From an uncultured Chloroflexia bacterium (GTDB lineage Bacteria > Chloroflexota > Limnocylindria > Limnocylindrales > CSP1-4): DNA of 64,000 nucleotides. Under the pieces are notes generated by a model that saw only the letters and a program-made list of their open reading frames with translations, was not told the DNA's origin and searched no databases. Positions 61,691 to 64,000 of the stretch are shown here, piece after piece. The stretch covers positions 1 through 64,000 of the forward strand of contig CAVYBU010000007.1 in the NCBI GenBank assembly GCA_963766735.1, written 5' to 3'. Numbering within the stretch: the first letter of the stretch is position 1; the number at the start of each line of letters is the position of its first letter. The position numbers were made by a program, and so were the translations under genes.

Positions 61691-62155
61691 ATGCGCAGGC
61701 TCATTCTCGGCGCGGGCGCGATCATCGTCATCGCCTTCGTTGCCATCCAGGTCGTGCCCTACGGCCGCGACCACGGCAACCCTCCCGTCACCGGCGAGCC
61801 GCCGTGGGACTCCGCAGCGACACGCGAGCTTGCCGTGAGGGCCTGCTTCGACTGCCACAGCAACGAGACCAATTGGCCGTGGTACTCGAACATCGCGCCA
61901 ATCTCATGGCGCCTCCAGAAGCACGTCGACGAGGGACGCGAGAAGCTCAACTTCTCGGAGTGGGGGAGCGGGGAGCAGGAGACGGAGAAGATCGTCAAGG
62001 TCGTCCAGGAAGGCGAGATGCCGCCCTGGGACTACCTCATCCCCCACGCGGAGGCCAGGTTGTCGGACGCGGAGACGCAGTCGCTCCTCGATGGGCTCGG
62101 CAGGACGTTCGGTGCCGGCTCGGTCGGAGAGGGCAGCGAAGGCGACGAGGACTAG
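61691..62155 (+). CDS. Haem-binding domain (cytochrome c-type) exported protein
   Basis: ACFDCHSNET.WPWY, LNFSEW, MPP. Confidence 0.9.
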   Translation: MRRLILGAGAIIVIAFVAIQVVPYGRDHGNPPVTGEPPWDSAATRELAVRACFDCHSNETNWPWYSNIAPISWRLQKHVDEGREKLNFSEWGSGEQETEKIVKVVQEGEMPPWDYLIPHAEARLSDAETQSLLDGLGRTFGAGSVGEGSEGDED

Positions 62156-62179
62156 CGACTTCGCCCCGGGGGCCGTCGC

Positions 62180-64000
62180 TCAGGCGGCGGTGACGTCCTC
62201 ACCGGCCGGCGTCCGTTCCGGCATCGGCAGGGGTGCGGCGCTCCCGTCCTTGCCGAAGCGCTGGTCGAGGTGCCTCTCCGCCCAGCGACGGATCTGGCGG
62301 TAGACGGCCGGAGCCCCGACCAGCTCCTCGTCGAGCTCCCAGTCCGCCGGGTGCATGATGACCGGCAGGGTCTGCGGGCCGCCCAGGCCGCCGTGGGAGC
62401 CGATGAGCTCCTCGAATGCTGCGACCTCCTCGAACTCGGGGTCGTACAGGCTGATCACGGAGAGGTCGGGCACGTAGTCCATCCCGTCGAGACGCAGGAG
62501 TGCCTCGCGCGACCGGCCGCCGTACTGGGCGACCGGGTCCACGCCCTCGACGCGGTTCTCCTCCAGGTAGTTGATGCCCTCCCGACCGATCACGATGGAG
62601 CCGTGCTCCTCGGACTTGATGAGCATCGCCCCGATGCCCTGGTGCCGGGCCAGCGTGTCGACGAGACCCGGGTGCGCCTCGGCGAGCTGCTCCAGCGTCA
62701 CCCGTCCGGGCATCTGCGGGAAGTAGACGAGGCCCAGGTTGCCCGACGCGATGGCGATCAGGTCTGGGCGCTCCGCGGGTGCCTCACCGGCCACCGCCGG
62801 CGCCTCACGCTTCTCCTCTCCGGAGGGCCTGAGCTCCACGACACCATCCGAGGTCTGTGAGCGCAGGGCCGTCCGGGCAACCCTCCCGGAGACCCCCTTC
62901 GTGCTCGTCAGGTCGGACAGGAAGGCGTTCGTCGGCCCCCACTCCTCGACGCGGGCGGTTTCCTCCTCCATCTTCGTATCGCCACGCATCAGCCCCTTGA
63001 CCACGTCGCCGAGCGTCTTGCCGTAGCGCTGGAGGAACGTCGCGCCGAGGGTCTGGCCGTGGTCGGACACGATGATGAAACGGTACGGGCGAGGCGCGGA
63101 CGCCGCGGCCTTCTCCAGCGTCGCGATCGCCCGATCCACGCCGTCGAGGGCGTCGAGCGTTTCGGCCCGCTCGGGCCCGCTGTGGTGCGCGATCTCGTCG
63201 TAGTCGGTGTAGTCGACGTAGATGACCGGCGCGCCGCGGTACATCTCCTCGATGACCAGGGATGTCGACAGGTCGCGGAGGCCCACGTTGGTGGCGGCCC
63301 GCGCGATGGGGTAGGGCCGGCCGCGGTGCATCCGGGGGACGATGCCGGCCCGGACCTGGCGGCGCGCCTGGATGTTCTCCTTGATGATCTCGGCCACGAA
63401 GCGGACGATCGTGCCGAGGTAGTTGTACGGGCTGGCGAAGAACGTCATGAAGGTCTGGCTCTGGCCCAGGCCCTGTCCCTTGTCCTTGATCGTGGCCATG
63501 GTGATGTACGAGCGGACCGCATCGCCGGAGAAGAGGTTGCCGACGCTGGCCCCGTCGTTCGAGCACAGCCCCTCGCCATTCGAGATCCGGGTCGCAACCT
63601 CCATTGCGTCAGCCGGATGGTTGGCGACCATGACCCGGCCGAGCTCCTTCTCGTACCAGCGGAAAGCCGGGATACCGTCGTTGTTGCCGTGAAGGATCCC
63701 GGCCTGGCTGGCCGGGGTGGTGGGCGGCAGGAGCGCCTCCCAGCTCGAGAGGCTGTACCGGCCGGAGCGAACCCAGTTGGACAGGTGCGGGACGCGGCCG
63801 GCCCGGATCTGGCGGACCAGGATCGGGTGGGCGAGACCGTCGATCTGGATGACGACGAGGCCTGGCTTGTCAGTCCGGACCACGCCCTCCCGGCGGGCGG
63901 CTACCTGCTGCATGAGGACCGCGAAGTACGAGTCGTCGCTGGAGATCGAGAAGACCGCGACGAGGATGGTGTTCACCGTCGCGTAGACGAACGACGCGAT
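62180..64000 (-). CDS. Alkaline-phosphatase-superfamily (type I phosphodiesterase-like) membrane protein, 5'-partial
   Basis: IQIDGL, TPASQAGILHG, YDEIAHHSG, SDHGQ, GSHGGLGG; frame open toward the window edge. Confidence 0.85.
   Translation of the reverse strand: MASFVYATVNTILVAVFSISSDDSYFAVLMQQVAARREGVVRTDKPGLVVIQIDGLAHPILVRQIRAGRVPHLSNWVRSGRYSLSSWEALLPPTTPASQAGILHGNNDGIPAFRWYEKELGRVMVANHPADAMEVATRISNGEGLCSNDGASVGNLFSGDAVRSYITMATIKDKGQGLGQSQTFMTFFASPYNYLGTIVRFVAEIIKENIQARRQVRAGIVPRMHRGRPYPIARAATNVGLRDLSTSLVIEEMYRGAPVIYVDYTDYDEIAHHSGPERAETLDALDGVDRAIATLEKAAASAPRPYRFIIVSDHGQTLGATFLQRYGKTLGDVVKGLMRGDTKMEEETARVEEWGPTNAFLSDLTSTKGVSGRVARTALRSQTSDGVVELRPSGEEKREAPAVAGEAPAERPDLIAIASGNLGLVYFPQMPGRVTLEQLAEAHPGLVDTLARHQGIGAMLIKSEEHGSIVIGREGINYLEENRVEGVDPVAQYGGRSREALLRLDGMDYVPDLSVISLYDPEFEEVAAFEELIGSHGGLGGPQTLPVIMHPADWELDEELVGAPAVYRQIRRWAERHLDQRFGKDGSAAPLPMPERTPAGEDVTAA

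Overview
A very GC-rich bacterial chromosome segment; gene content and style suggest Chloroflexota, possibly Limnocylindria (inference, no marker gene present). (1) 1-8.85 kb is an accessory array of unrelated secreted proteins and lipoproteins. Five genes there carry the same 75-nt structured leader, which matches the c-di-GMP-II riboswitch fold but has GA instead of AA at the ligand-pocket bulge. Several leaders follow an ECF-type promoter (AAC-N16-CGT) and a GC-rich bulged hairpin. This repeated hairpin/promoter/riboswitch/exported-protein module is the most striking feature. (2) 9-30.8 kb is mostly core metabolism: M28 peptidase, GcvT-family oxidoreductase with a PLP decarboxylase, moeA-moaC-moaB, FadF-like protein, acyl-CoA dehydrogenase, nrdR-dcd with tandem NrdR boxes, ccdA/TlpA and a truncated globin. 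(3) tRNA-Arg(CCT) at 30813-30888 looks like an integration site. Its 3' 17 bp recur at 34125, each copy abuts a probable serine-recombinase C-terminal remnant, and the copies enclose a class III cyclase-STAND-TPR gene with non-canonical substrate residues. (4) 34-64 kb holds a B12 radical SAM-GNAT-permease operon, an ECF sigma/WD40/hydrolase operon, a frameshifted 5'-nucleotidase, class II UvrA, OsmC, a flavin monooxygenase, a P-type ATPase lacking Ca2+ ligands, ppk2, a molybdo-hydroxylase and ettA. Several small frameshifts may be assembly errors. All family calls come from motif recognition by eye; no searches were run.
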